Of a stretch of 64,000 bases of DNA, positions 51,340 to 64,000 are shown piece after piece; the stretch's first letter is position 1, and the number at the start of each line of letters is the position of its first letter. The DNA comes from Lingula anatina (lineage: Eukaryota; Animalia; Brachiopoda). The stretch spans positions 62,970,788-63,034,787 of the forward strand of contig CM120640.1 in NCBI GenBank assembly GCA_051362555.1. Direction: 5' to 3'. Position numbers and translations under genes: made by a program. Under the pieces are notes generated by a model. The model was not told where the DNA came from, did not search any database, and worked only from the letters and a program-made list of their open reading frames with translations.

Positions 51340-53234
51340 TCAATAAGATTACAGTTTCAGGACCATGAGAGTTAAAATTCACATGATGAAAGTCCCAATA
51401 TATGAAAAATGATGACAGTGCATAAAATAATATTACAGCGTGTTTAAAGATATAAATACCAATACAACTTCTTATGTGGAAATACTGAAAATGTGCAGAG
51501 CCTCAGGTGGATGGGAGTTAAAAATCACATCTTAAAAATGCCAGTGTTGGAGAAAAAATTAAAAAGAAAACAACAAAAATATAATTCCAATGAAGCTGCT
51601 ATTCACTGCTTCCTTATTATGGACACTATGTTATCTAGCAGAGAGCTTAACCTTTGGGAGTTTACAGGGAAATATCAACAAGTGTGCTTTATGAAATTTC
51701 ATTTAATGGCCGCTTAATTAGGCAAATGAGTTTATAGCACTGAAATTAGCCTAGTGAATACCCAAGGGGAATTTACAGACTGACCACACAAATTTGTCTA
51801 TCAAAGGTCTTCAGGCCCATAAGTCACACCTTAAGAAAAGCAGAAAACAATAATGCACAAAATAAAACAGGAGACTACCAATTCTGATGCAATAATACAT
51901 TATGTTTAACTGCACAGTCAACATCAAATTTTAATTATGCACAACGTACAGGTAACACTGATAAAAGTAAAAGCATAAGGTTCCAGGCCCATCAGAGTTC
52001 AAGTTTACAATTAGAAAGTGCCAGAATGAGAAAAATGAAAATTTCACAAAAAATTCATAAATTTAATAAAAATGATAATCCAATAGAGCTGGTTCTCTAA
52101 TATGAGCTGTATGTCAATCCTAAGAATCATTTTTGTAAGAATAGTAAAAAAATAGAAAGTAACACTTTACTTTACATAATATTAATGGTAGCAGAGCACA
52201 AAGTAGGTTTTTTGTCAATTTTGATGCAACATTACATAATGATTAACTAATTAAATACCACCAATTTTAAAATATCTACTATTAAAAACATGGACATTAA
52301 GAAAATTTGATTACCACTGGGCTTCATGCCCAAGGGAGCTCTAAGTCCCACACTGAAAATTGCAACATGTGAAAGATAAAAATTTTCACAAAAAAACCTG
52401 TATTACTTCCAAACAATAAACTAATGAGACAATTTTTCAACTGAAGCTGTATTTCAGTCCTATGTTTCTTTCCTGTAAGTGTGAGAAGAGCAAGTGACAT
52501 GGTTTTCCTTTCACCGCTACTACGGAGGCAGTGCCCAGAATAGGGTTTTGTTCAATTTTGATGCAATATTACACTATGCTTAACAGCATAATAACCATAA
52601 AATTTTTAATAATAAAATAAAAGTATCATGGATATTCAGAAAATGTGACTAGCCTATAGAGTTCAGAGTCATACTTTGAAAATCCCAAAATGTAAACAAG
52701 AGAAAACTGTATTGAAAGAGTTTATTTCCATTTTCAACACCTTTTTTACATAAAGCAAAATAATCAATTTACGGTCATTTTTATATGATCAATCAAAAAA
52801 TATGTTGTAAAAGCAAAAATATCAACAGAACAATTATAAATGTCCAACTTGCTCCATTCTGAAATTCTGAACATAGTGAATGGTTGAATCTGACAAACTG
52901 TAAAGATATGTTTTTTTTCCATTTTTGACACTTATTAAACAATACACAATATCAGGTTTACCATCATTTTTTTATAATCAACTAACAATGTTGTTAAGAT
53001 GGAGAAAATGTAAAAAAAAAAACAACTTAACATATCTAATTAGTTCAAAAATGAGACTGATAGCATGCCTGAGAATTAAATTTGAGGGAAAAAAAACACT
53101 TATATACAAAAAAAGGCATAACTTCACCAAACCGTTACTGATCAAGCTTATTTTCAAAACTTAATCTGTATTTCAGTAACACTGATCACTACTGTGAATT
53201 TCAAGACAATTGGGCAATCGATTTTCCTTAAAAT

Positions 53235-54048
53235 GTGTTATAGGTGTTGCATATATGCTGAAAAAAAGTGAAAAAACAGCAAAACTTTTATAAAAATGCT
53301 CTGATCATGCCAATTTTCGAACTTGACTTGCGTATTATAGATATTCATCAGTTCTGTAAGTTTCAAGCCAAAAAGTAAAGCGGTTTTTCACTTATCGTGT
53401 TATCAGGGTTGCATATATGCTGAAAAAAGTGAAAAAACAGCTGCCTTCCATGAAAATGTTCCTATCATGCTGATTTTCGAACTTGACCTGCGTATTATGA
53501 ATATTTATCAGTTCTGTAAGTTTCATGCCAAAAAGTAAAATGGTTTTTCAAATATTGTGTTATCGGTGTTGCATAAATGCTGAAAAAAGTGAAAAAACTG
53601 CATAACTTCAATATAAATGGCCTGATCATGTTGATTTTCGAACTTGACCTGCGTATTAGGAATATTTATCAGTTCTGTAAGTTTCAAGCCAAAAGGTAAA
53701 ACGGTTTTTCAAATATTGTGTTATCGGTGTTGCATAAATGTTGAAAAAATTGAAAAAACTGCATTACTTCCATATTAATGGCCCGATCATGCTGATTTTC
53801 GAACTTGACCTGCATATTATGAATATTCATCAGTTCTGTAAGTTTCAAGCCAAAAGGTAAAATGGTTTTCCACTTATCGTGTTATCGGTGCTGCATAAAT
53901 GCTGAAAAAAGTAAAAAAACAGCATAAATTCCCCAAAAATGGCCCGATCATGCTGATTTTCGAACTTGACCTGCGTATTATGAATATTCATCAGTTCTGT
54001 AAGTTTCAAGCCAAAAGAAAAAACGGTTTTCCACTTATCGTGTTATCA
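53235..54048. repeat. Tandem array of about 5 x 161-bp monomers inside the HINE
   Basis: G(C/T)TGAAAAAA recurs at about 53257, 53419, 53579, 53740 and 53901; shared core TTTTCGAACTTGAC.TGC.TATTA..ATATT.ATCAGTTCTGTAAGTTTCA.GCCAAAA. Confidence 0.93.
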
Positions 54049-55453
54049 GTAAAAGTGCACGGCGACGACGGCAACGACGGCGACGGCGACAACAGACGCA
54101 GGTGATGGCTATATGTACAGACACATCTGTGTCTGTACATAAAAAATCAAGTGCCTCAAAGTACCCAAGAAAAAAAATTATATAACGACTATGGGCAATG
54201 GATCTATCTGGTCATTGCACCAAACACAAGCTGAGTTGTCATCTACCTCATTTATTAATCTGCCAGGGAACTTTTTCTTACATCTTCCTAGATTGACAAG
54301 TATATCTTCCTTTCTAACCAACTGATCACTAGGAAAATTACTTTTCTTTTAAATTTTTAACTATTAGAAATTTACAACAAAATTGTTTCTGAAGTTAAGC
54401 AGTCCATTGTAATGCAGAGGAAAATGTGAAACTTGAAATCAGTAGCAAGCCATTTAAGAGAAATAAATTAAAAAAAAACATAGAAGTGCTTTTATCCAGA
54501 TTTGTATTTTGTGACAGAGTAATACTCCCTAAATTGCCAATACATTTTCAAGTGTAGGACACTGCACTTAAACCAACATAGCTATTATTTAATAAAAACA
54601 AAGACAAGTTGCATTATTTCTGTTACTTTATACCTTTCCCTTCTAGACCCCTTAAAGGGGTATAAAAGACAAACTTTGTCTCATAGAGGATTTTGCAACA
54701 ATGATTTGCTCCTTACTCCTTTAATGAGCAGTGTCTCAATAAGAAAGGTCCAACTTATAAACTTCTGTTTCCATGTAAGGTAAGTACCTCAACTGTAACC
54801 CGTTTTCACTAAACACAATTTCGCATTTTAAAGTGGATCAATATTACTTACAATTTCTTTATAAAAATATCATATATTTAAGGGCTTATTTACCTTTAAG
54901 GTCAACATTGAAACAGCACCTATTAAATGCACTTGGCAAGATCTCGTGTATGGAAATCATGTTGAAAGTTTCACAAGATGATGTATATAATATAAAAACA
55001 AATGCTGATAATGAAATATTACACATTTTCCAAACCAAGATTAATCACATAGAGTATTAGTAACTGAAAGACACTTTACAAGTGTAATTTGTATGAGATT
55101 TCATCCTGAAGACTTGGCCTAATCAATTATCTAGACAAGCAAACGTCAAATCTTGGCTCTGATACAAATAGCTGTTGCATTAAGGCATGTTGGTCATCTC
55201 TCTTCCAATCAAGTAAAATGGACATACAATTATCATTATTGTATGCAATATATGACTGAGACACACAAGTTAACAAAAATTGAAATGTAATACATATAAC
55301 CTGGCAATTTTGAAAGAGCAATTAAATATAACAAGGTTTTCATTTGCTGTCTCTGGTAATGGGTTTGTAACACCCATGTCACTACTACTGTATTGTACAC
55401 CACTGGTGAATTTAACTGTGCCCACGAGTGAAGAAGTGATTAATAACACATTG

Positions 55454-56956
55454 TCAATATGTGCTAGTTCTGGAACGTTCATAATGATCATCTGCTATGA
55501 GATCTGGCTGCATGATTTGTAAACCATTTTGTTGGGATTGCCTTCTCATTTCTTGCATTTGAAGCTCATACTGTTGCCGCTGCTCAGTCTCTTCTGCTAT
55601 CCATTCCTGCAGGTGAAATTAAAATGAAGTGAACATTTTCACCAGTAAAAACTGTTTTAACAAACTTAAGTTCTGGATGTAATAGAACCTACTGCAGAAA
55701 TTACTTCAGTTTGCAAAATCTAAAAAACTATAGGCTTACCTGGTTGCACCTATATGAACACATATTATGGAATTTTCAAACATGGCTTAGATAATTCATA
55801 AAAGAACTGAAATATACCTTCACTTCATCTTCATACATCTTTATGCTGAAGTCTTCCTTGCTGCGAATTCTCTCCCCTCTGAACACAGTCCCATGGCCTT
55901 CTTGTACATGCTATAAATGATAAAAGGGAAATGTTTTTGAGAAAAAAACACACACAGAGAATGCTTCCAGGAACAAGGTGAGCACAAAAAGTGCTTTAAG
56001 TCCATAAAAAAAATACACAATAAGGACTTAAAGCAACCAATATCATTTTTTGCTTTGATAAGTTGATCTTAATGAGCTGACATTTATGAACCATTCTAAC
56101 CTGTTCAAATACAGCATTCCTCATATAATAATCAGAAAGATGTCCTCCCCGACTATCCACCATCACCACTTCTTCTGGATGAAGTGTGACTTCTAATTTA
56201 ACCACTGCATGGTCTGGAAAAGAAATAAATCACACCTTAAATTTCACGTCAAATATCATCTTCAATTGACTGCAAAGGGAACTAATTTTTTCTAGTCAAA
56301 CATGCTGATACAAGAGTGATAATTCTCACTGAGATGTGAATAACCATTTCATGTCAAACACTACCTTTAAGAGGAATAATCACTGGAAGGTTTGAGTTTT
56401 GCACCTCTCTTGGTAGTAAGCTCTCATCTGTGCAATTCACAATGAAGAAGCAGCCTGTCACGTATGGCACTTCTCTACCATACTATATTCTTACATCAAG
56501 TCTTTTATAAGAAGTCTACCTGACATGCATGGCAGTATGGGCATCCAACATTCAATGCTTTGCCTATGAAATTAAGAAACACAGCTCTCTGCACCATGAT
56601 CTGTTTCAGACCAATTTTAAACATCTTCCCTGCTAGCTAACCAGATATTACATAAAATCAAGGTACTGTCAATATGGTTTATGTGAGAGTCTGGTAGGCT
56701 GGCTGGTATCACTCCACATAGTCCCAGGAAGTATCCTCTCAGCCATTAAACCCACCATTAGGTGAGTTTCTAACAAGTAAAAAGTTGGTATTGATATCAT
56801 TTATTGCACTTACCATCCATATCATCATCCACATTCTTCCTGTATTGAATTCTGAAGATGAAGGCCTCCAGAATGAACGCAACAACAATATTCATCACTA
56901 CCTAAAATGACAAAGGTGTTTAATACAAATTAAGATTTTTTCTGATTGTCTCTAAA

Positions 56957-56991
<35 letters not shown>

Positions 56992-59900
56992 TTATTTACT
57001 AAAATCGCAACCTAATAGGTACAATGCGTCTTAAATAATAAAATCATAAGGTATTTTAAAATTAACTAAGAATTATAAACTAAACTAAAAGGACCAAAGA
57101 CTTATAAGACAGTTTGAAGCAGTAATTTACATAAAATTTAAAAGACTGTGTATTATAAAAGATGATTTAAAACGCTCCGTTTTTACTTTTGGTATTAAAA
57201 ATTTGTTGCTGACCCTGAGATTTCTTGGGTTCTTTTGTTTAAACAGATGGTGTAGCTTATTAAAATTCTTGATTTTTGTAAAAAAGTTCTTAAGTAAAAC
57301 GACTCTTCTCTCCCTCAGAGAGGTGAGATTACTAGCCTGTAGGGCATCCTTGTAAGTATAAAATGGGTAAATAATTCTAAGAGCTCTCCTTTGAACAGAT
57401 TCTAAGCATTCACATTGTTCAGCTGTAAGACCAGGCCCCCACACAGGGCATGCATATTCTAGGACTGATCTAATTATTGATTGATATATAACTATTAGAT
57501 CCTCAGTGGCCAGATTTGCCCTTTTCAACTGCCTTAGATAAAAAAGCTTGGCACAAGACTTTGAATAAATTAACTGCACATGTTCTGTCCACTAGAGATC
57601 AGGGGTCAGAGTTACTCCTAGTAGCTTAAATTTACTCACTTTTTCTACAATTTCTCCATCTACCAATAGTGTTGGAATGATATCTATACATTTGGTAAAG
57701 TTAAAATCCATACATTTTGTCTTCTTTACATTTAATTTCATATTGTTATTTCTAACCCAATTTTCAAGTTGCTCTATTGCCCTTGGAAGTAGTGATTTTT
57801 GGCCAAACTGACAAAGTTCATAAATAGATGTATCATCAACAAGTTTTATATCTGGGCAGCAGGTTTTTAGATCATTTATCATTGCTATAAACAGGATTGG
57901 ACCTAACTTTGTCCCCTGAGGTACCCCTCCGTTAAGCTGGACCCAGTCAGATTTACACTAATATGAAAACTACTTCAATATTTGAAAATAGCTATTTATG
58001 TCTTACACAAAAGTGATATTTTCAAAATCTTTAGTATAGCATATCCTAATCTAAAGCAGGATATTTCACAGAAAGATTTCAAAACACAAAAATTCACTGT
58101 CTCTATGCCCTAATTTCATACTTACCATCATTGATAAGTAAAACAGCATGAAGTAAATCCGGCTCCATTCAGAGACCACTGATGCATACCCTTCCTATTA
58201 AAGAATATGATAAAACAAATATCACATCAAAAACTGCATTCTAACCTTTACTAACAGTTCACACAAAATGTGTCTTAACTAGTCAAAGCACATTTTAAAT
58301 GACTAGAACAGAATCAGTATAACAAATACTGATTATCTTTATATTGGAAATAGTCATGCATGTCTTAAAACATATAGCTTTCTCTCAGCCACTTTATCTA
58401 GCAATAAGCAAATATTAGAAATTACAAATAATAGTAATAAAAATAATAATAATGAAATCCTTACCATGATAATAAACCAATTATTTACTACTGTTAACTC
58501 AAACAGAGTAACTGAAAAAAAATAGTTAAAATCATTAAATTGTAAAATTGCATGAATATGTACATAAATTGAAACTAGTGAATTAGGTAAAACTATAATG
58601 GGAGACCCAACACTAACCTTGTTACAGTAGGCATTAAATAAGCAAAATTTAACTGTCACATCATTTTAAGATATTTTGTCCACATTACATTCTAGGGTAC
58701 TCGTTCATGTTTAGACTATCACCTATTTAATGTTCTTCACAAACAAATCATCATGATTTCAGGCAGTTAGGGCTATTTGGAGGGCTATTTTATATTACCT
58801 GCACTGCTCATTACATTTTCAAAGTTGTTGAGATAATAAAACCCATCACTGGAATTGGTTTTTGTATAGTAATCAGCAACTGATGTGTTTCTGCAAGAAA
58901 TAAGCAAACAATGACACAGGATTTATATATATTATTTAATATGTAATTTATATATATTAGAAAACATTAATTAGAAAACTGACTGATAGAATACCGGTTT
59001 TATGGGTGTAGTAAAATTCACCTTCACCTATTTATTAACTGTTTATTTTTCAACATTTCACATCCTTTTCCATTTAATTCAGATATTCACTCACTTGCAA
59101 CAGTTCACCATTTTGTCTGTATATGGAGCAAATATCTCCATCCCAATCACAGAAAAGAAGTAGAAAGACAGCAACATCACTATGGCCAAGCTGAAAGCAA
59201 AATACAAATGACTTTACATTTCTTTCAATTAACCAATCTAAACCTTGTTAACCTATTGTGATAAATCATTAAATCAATCTCTTGTCTGGAAACTTTAAAA
59301 AATGTTTACTTCATGTGAGAAAACACAATAAGCAAAACTTGTCAACTTTTTGGTATGGGTAGCTATCAGGAGCATAGTGACTGTGTGCATACCTGACCAT
59401 TCTATTACTCAGAATCATCATTGTTCCAAGTACGTCCCTGTACCTCCTCTTGATTTTGAAAAGTCTGAAAATAGATAAGCGTTAAACCAACCCTTTATTT
59501 TTCTCATAAAGTATGGCAGCAGTATATCATGCATATTACAAATTAGCAGAGTTGGTGAATTTATTAAAAAAGGCCAAAATTGAATTTGAAAAAAAATATC
59601 TTCCAAGTGAACGAAAGAGAAAAAACATTGAAATAAGATATTCAAAACTTGTTTTTGAGTCATTAAGTAGTTCAAAAGAAAATATTTTTCCAGTGAAGCA
59701 AACCCCTTTTATAACACATTCTTCAGGTGGACATCTCTAGGTTGCTAAGAGGAATTTCAATATGGAAATGTTCACCTCACGCCTGATAAAAGGGGCGACT
59801 TTATGTCAGAAGTAACACTGACTCTGACGTTCTAAGAAAGTTTACATAAAGCATAAAAAATATCTCATGTTTCCTGCTGATGCTACCAAAAACAGGTACA

Positions 59901-62900
59901 TGTCTTTTAGTCAGTCTTTTATAAGATTTTGTAATTTTCTTTTTCACTTTGAAAAATATTCTATCTTCAAGTTACTTTTAAATGAAAAAAAATGTACTCG
60001 TGAACCTAGTAATAAATGGTGATCTTGAGATTAAAAAGCTATCAAAATGCCAACAAAAATTACATTACCTGAGCAACCTAAATGGTCGAAGCACCATAAT
60101 ATAGTAGAAAGAGTCATCATAAAACTCTCCAAATACACCAACCACTGAGCTGACGGTAACCAGGAAGTCAAATCTGAAACAATGGGTAACTGTTAAATGA
60201 ATATGTATGTAACACTATAAGGCTATATACACCTATGAACTAACATGGTTCAAATACTGTACAAAGTAAATTCTAATTTTTTCTTTTTTTTTTTTTTTTT
60301 GGAAAATTAAAATCTTACACATATCATTCACTTAATGGGTTTCAATAAATGTTATGACTATATAAAAATCCAAATACTGATAAATAAATTGATTAACATA
60401 ATACCAGAAGAGATTTTTAAAATATGCTTACATATTCCAACCATTTGTGAAGTACTTGACAACACCAAGCCCAAGAATCTTGAGAAAAGCTTCTAAACTG
60501 TAAACTATAATAAAACAAACATATTATACAAACAAAAAAGCAATCTTCAAAATCTTAACAAAACATTAAGTTCATCACAGCAGATTGATCTACATAAATT
60601 GTCAAGCCCATGATAATTTACTTACAGATAAAAGGACCAACCAGTTTATGAAAGAAAGACAGAACATATATCCAACTTAGTTGCATTTCTTCATAAACAA
60701 TAACAACAATAGCACAATGAAAAGGGAGACTCCAATACTAAAAATTACACGCATCCTTACCACAGACAAATAAGATATTATTCCAAGATGGTCTGTACTC
60801 TCTTGCTGACACTGTGGTATCCACTAGAACCAATTGTTAAATGTGATCAAGATATTTATCAATAAAAATAATAATGCAATACAACCTAATATTTTAAAAA
60901 CATTTTCTAATGTTACATTTAATAGTGAATTAAAGTGCACTTATGTTCACTTACATACATAACTCTTACATATAAATGCGAAAGGAAATGGCCTTAAAGG
61001 TGAAAATTCAAATACTAGTGACTTTTTCACTGGCCAATTCTTTAAAATTTTCTTAATGCCTTACACTCCACCTCAGTCTTCAACTAACCTGAGATCTGTA
61101 TTGTTTCCACAAGAATCCATACAAAGTTAACTGCTATTATCACATCTGCAAACAGAAAAGCAGACATTTAAATTCAAAGTAAATAAAAAAATCATCTTTC
61201 CCCCAAATTATCTTTTCCAAGTTTGATAAGATAAGTACATACTTCTTTTTTAACACTACTTCATATGATGAGGCACAAGTATTATCACCACTTTTTTTAT
61301 ATAAAATCACAAGAGCCTATTATCTTAAAACTCCCTGAACCATAATTCAAAACTGTACTTACATATTGCATAGTCAAACCATCGAGAAGTAACAAGTGCA
61401 TTGAGATCTAAAAAAATATAAATAAAATATTACTACCAGGCTTTTCATTAATAATTCATTTCATAAAATAACTTCTTAGCTAGGGAAGTTTTCAATTCTT
61501 AGTTGATCCTTTTATTTAATACTGATGGATCTCTTACCAAAAAAGTTTCTAATCCTTTTTTTTAAGCAAAGGTATAATCAGAAATGTTTCACAGTACTGC
61601 ACAAAGATAAAGCATATACTCACATTTAAATAATTTGTTAAATGGATAATGAAAATTTGACGACCAAAGTTGATTTGCCTGATGTCTTGGCTGAAAACAA
61701 GAATAAGAATAAGAATCATCAACTCCTAGGCTAAATATCAAAATTAAAGATTGCTGTTTTATATATGAGTAATGACCCAAACACACCTCAGAAAATTGTT
61801 TTAATACTGCTATATTTTTATCATTTAACTCTGAACAGTGATCAACTCCTGTTTAAAATGCACAAACCTTTTCAACTAGTAATAGATTTTGAGAAAACAA
61901 AAACTGGGGGAAAAATATTTCCCTACCTTCCACTGTAGTTCACAAACATTATAAATATCATGGAACTCTTCACTTGTTAGACTTCCTGTGCTGCTTTTGT
62001 TAAGATATTTAAATATTAAGTAGACTTCCTTGGGAGCTAAAAAGATAAGAAAGGACAAGCCAGGAGGACAGTAATAAAATGCCTTATTTCCCTCTTTATG
62101 ACAATTAGAAACCATTTTAACTACATGCTCATTATTACTCTTAAATCAAAACACATCACATTCTGTATTACACTTGCCTATTTTACATTTTTTATTTGGC
62201 TCTCAACCCCATAATTACTTTATTTAACTTTTCAACAATTACTAGTTTTGATTCTGATGTTCAGCTTAATTATGTAAAATGATTAAGCCTGTGGAAACAA
62301 CCTTACTTTTCCTCGGTTTGTAATATTTCATGAAACCCACAAACGCCTTCAACCTGATCTTGTCAGGATGCTGAAAGGAAATAAAAAATGTTGCAAAATG
62401 AAGAACCAGAAAGAAAAAGTTCAATTATCAACCAAAATGAATATGATCTTTAAAATAATGTGAAAATATGTTCCACTTCAAGATTTTTGTTTCAAATTTC
62501 CCTAAGGGCAAATGACAAAAAAAGAATGTAATGTCAAAAAAAATAAAATAAATAAAAGACTGTTACTGGTAAATTAATTAATGCAAAAGGAAAGGGGGGG
62601 GGGGGGTTGAACCCGATGTTTCTCAAGATTGATACAATTTTGGAATCAAATGTATATCTAAAACATTTAAATGATCAACATTTTCATTGCATGCAGTCTT
62701 TTTACAGTTGGATTTAAGGCCAACTGCTTGTAAAAAAATACTCACTTTTTTGGTCACCAGGAGCTTAAAAGCATATTCACATGCTTTCCTTTTGTGCATA
62801 TATAGTTTCTTCAACTTGGTCTTTTCTATTGTATTGAATGTATCATACACCACAGCTAGCAACTGCAAATAAAATGTATAAAATGTGCATTTACTTCTTA

Positions 62901-63977
62901 AAGCTTCAAAAATAGCATAAACAATTGCTTATACCATGACCAAATACAAAAATATTCATCAATGTTATTAAAATAATGGTAAAATTTGAAAAAAATGATG
63001 AGAGTACTATATGAACAGTGCTTCAAGTTGTAATAGTTATAGCACTGCAGCCCAGTTACTCACCAGACTCATTAGAAAATACAGCTCTATAGACAAATAT
63101 ACCACAAAAAACAGGCAAGACCATTTGGACTGGGCATAAGATGGCATCATCACATCTGGATAACTGGAATCAAAGGTCCGTAATTCTTAATCAAAACATT
63201 CCGTAACCCAACATATTAACATTGGGTAAAAATATTTTTAATTGGCAAAATGGTTATCAATTAATAAATTTCAATTTATTTAAAAATGCAAAAAATCACT
63301 TTCTGATTTGATTTCCTAAAATCGCAACTTACTTTGCTGTTGTTAAAAGTACAAACAAGCTTATAAAACTACTCTGTATAGTCTTGAAAAACTGAAAGAA
63401 AAAATATGCACCTTTTATTATCATTTCTTAAAAGGATGTTTTTAAAAATTATTCTAAATCACTACATATTTTTCAGAGTTACTGACACCAATGTATACTA
63501 AAAATAAAAATGCGCTATTGACAATATCATCAGTTCAGATTTAATACTTTTTAACGGACTTTCTTCATATTAGTTTACATTTTTTAAAAAATTAGGGTAT
63601 ATATGCTGTTATAACATATGGTAAATAACCTACCGGATCATCTGGATTGGTTGAAAACAAGTAAAATCCTAAAATATGACAAATATTTATCAAGTAATAA
63701 TAAAACAAAAGTAATAATTCTGAGATCCAGAATTATCAATAAATAAATTTTTAAAAAGCTATTGAAAAAACTATGTGTTTACTCCTTAAAGATGATACCA
63801 TTTATTCTGTACAGCATACAACAGCTATTTACCAAATCAACAATAGCATTTTAATGTATTAACAGTGGTAAATATAAACCATACTTACCTAATATTGAAA
63901 ATATCAACATAAAAAATAACAACAGTGCTATCATGTCTAAAATTGGAGGCAAGGACTGTAAAATCTGCCGCACAAAC
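55454..63977 (-). CDS. TPCN1: Two-pore channel, TPC1-like; 5' exons lie beyond the right edge
   Basis: 22 frame-consistent exons: 63977-63889, 63668-63634, 63391-63333, 63163-63064, 62862-62746, 62370-62307, 62036-61927, 61690-61624, 61407-61363, 61145-61089, 60823-60761, 60504-60432, 60173-60069, 59464-59393, 59190-59095, 58890-58799, 58511-58465, 58194-58126, 56901-56814, 56213-56101, 55910-55818, 55606-55454 (TGA). Motifs [76 protein letters not shown]. Confidence 0.93.
56959..57957 (-). mobile_element. 5'-truncated non-LTR retrotransposon (LINE, CR1/L2 group) in a TPC1 intron
   Basis: RT C-terminal half: [76 protein letters not shown]; one in-frame stop at 57592-57594 splits ORFs 57592-57882 and 57127-57579; ends in AATAAA and an (ATT)n tail at 56959-56996. 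Confidence 0.9.
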
Positions 63978-64000
63978 CTGAAACATTATTTGCACCAAAT

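Larger units (their letters stand above)
51026..54141 (-). mobile_element. Helentron-associated non-autonomous element (HINE/DINE-like), copy 2, expanded
   Basis: Same termini as 31633-32705: perfect hairpin TATGTACAGACAC-ATCT-GTGTCTGTACATA at 54112-54141, GACGGC microsatellite at about 54060-54098, and AAACAAGGCAGCAAAGCTGTCAAATGTACAGACA at the other end. Confidence 0.75.

Noticed and set aside
53235-54105. Repeat-spacer array or coding ORF 53899..54105
   Set aside because: Whole monomers are homologous (no spacers) and lie within Helentron-type termini.

Overview
AT-rich, intron-rich eukaryotic genomic DNA from an animal; the gene and repeat content suggests a lophotrochozoan, probably a mollusc (inference). 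Seven protein-coding genes can be spliced together by hand with GT-AG junctions and continuous reading frames: (1) a secreted acidic GNxQN/prohormone-2-type neuropeptide precursor (-, runs off the left edge); (2) a HUNK/MARK-like AMPK-related Ser/Thr kinase (+, 17191-23334); (3) C-mannosyltransferase DPY19L3-like (-, 24550-36039); (4) a divergent bombesin/CCHamide/EP-type peptide GPCR (-, 41296-44734); (5) a Cys-type SelO AMPylase with an apparent signal peptide (-, 47466-49594), head-to-head with (6) BolA2 (+, 49908-50497); (7) two-pore channel TPC1-like (-, 55454 to beyond the right edge). Non-coding DNA holds a tRNA-derived SINE, nested MITEs, a Tc1 fossil, a TTAA-flanked element, a 9-bp-TSD foldback MITE, three Helentron-type (HINE/DINE-like) elements (one with a ~161-bp tandem array), a 5'-truncated LINE, a perfect 98-bp-arm palindrome and several tandem repeats. 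No rRNA, bona fide tRNA or CRISPR array was seen. The best candidate for something undescribed is a possibly secretory-pathway SelO AMPylase sharing a promoter with BolA2. All family assignments come from recalled motifs, not from database searches.
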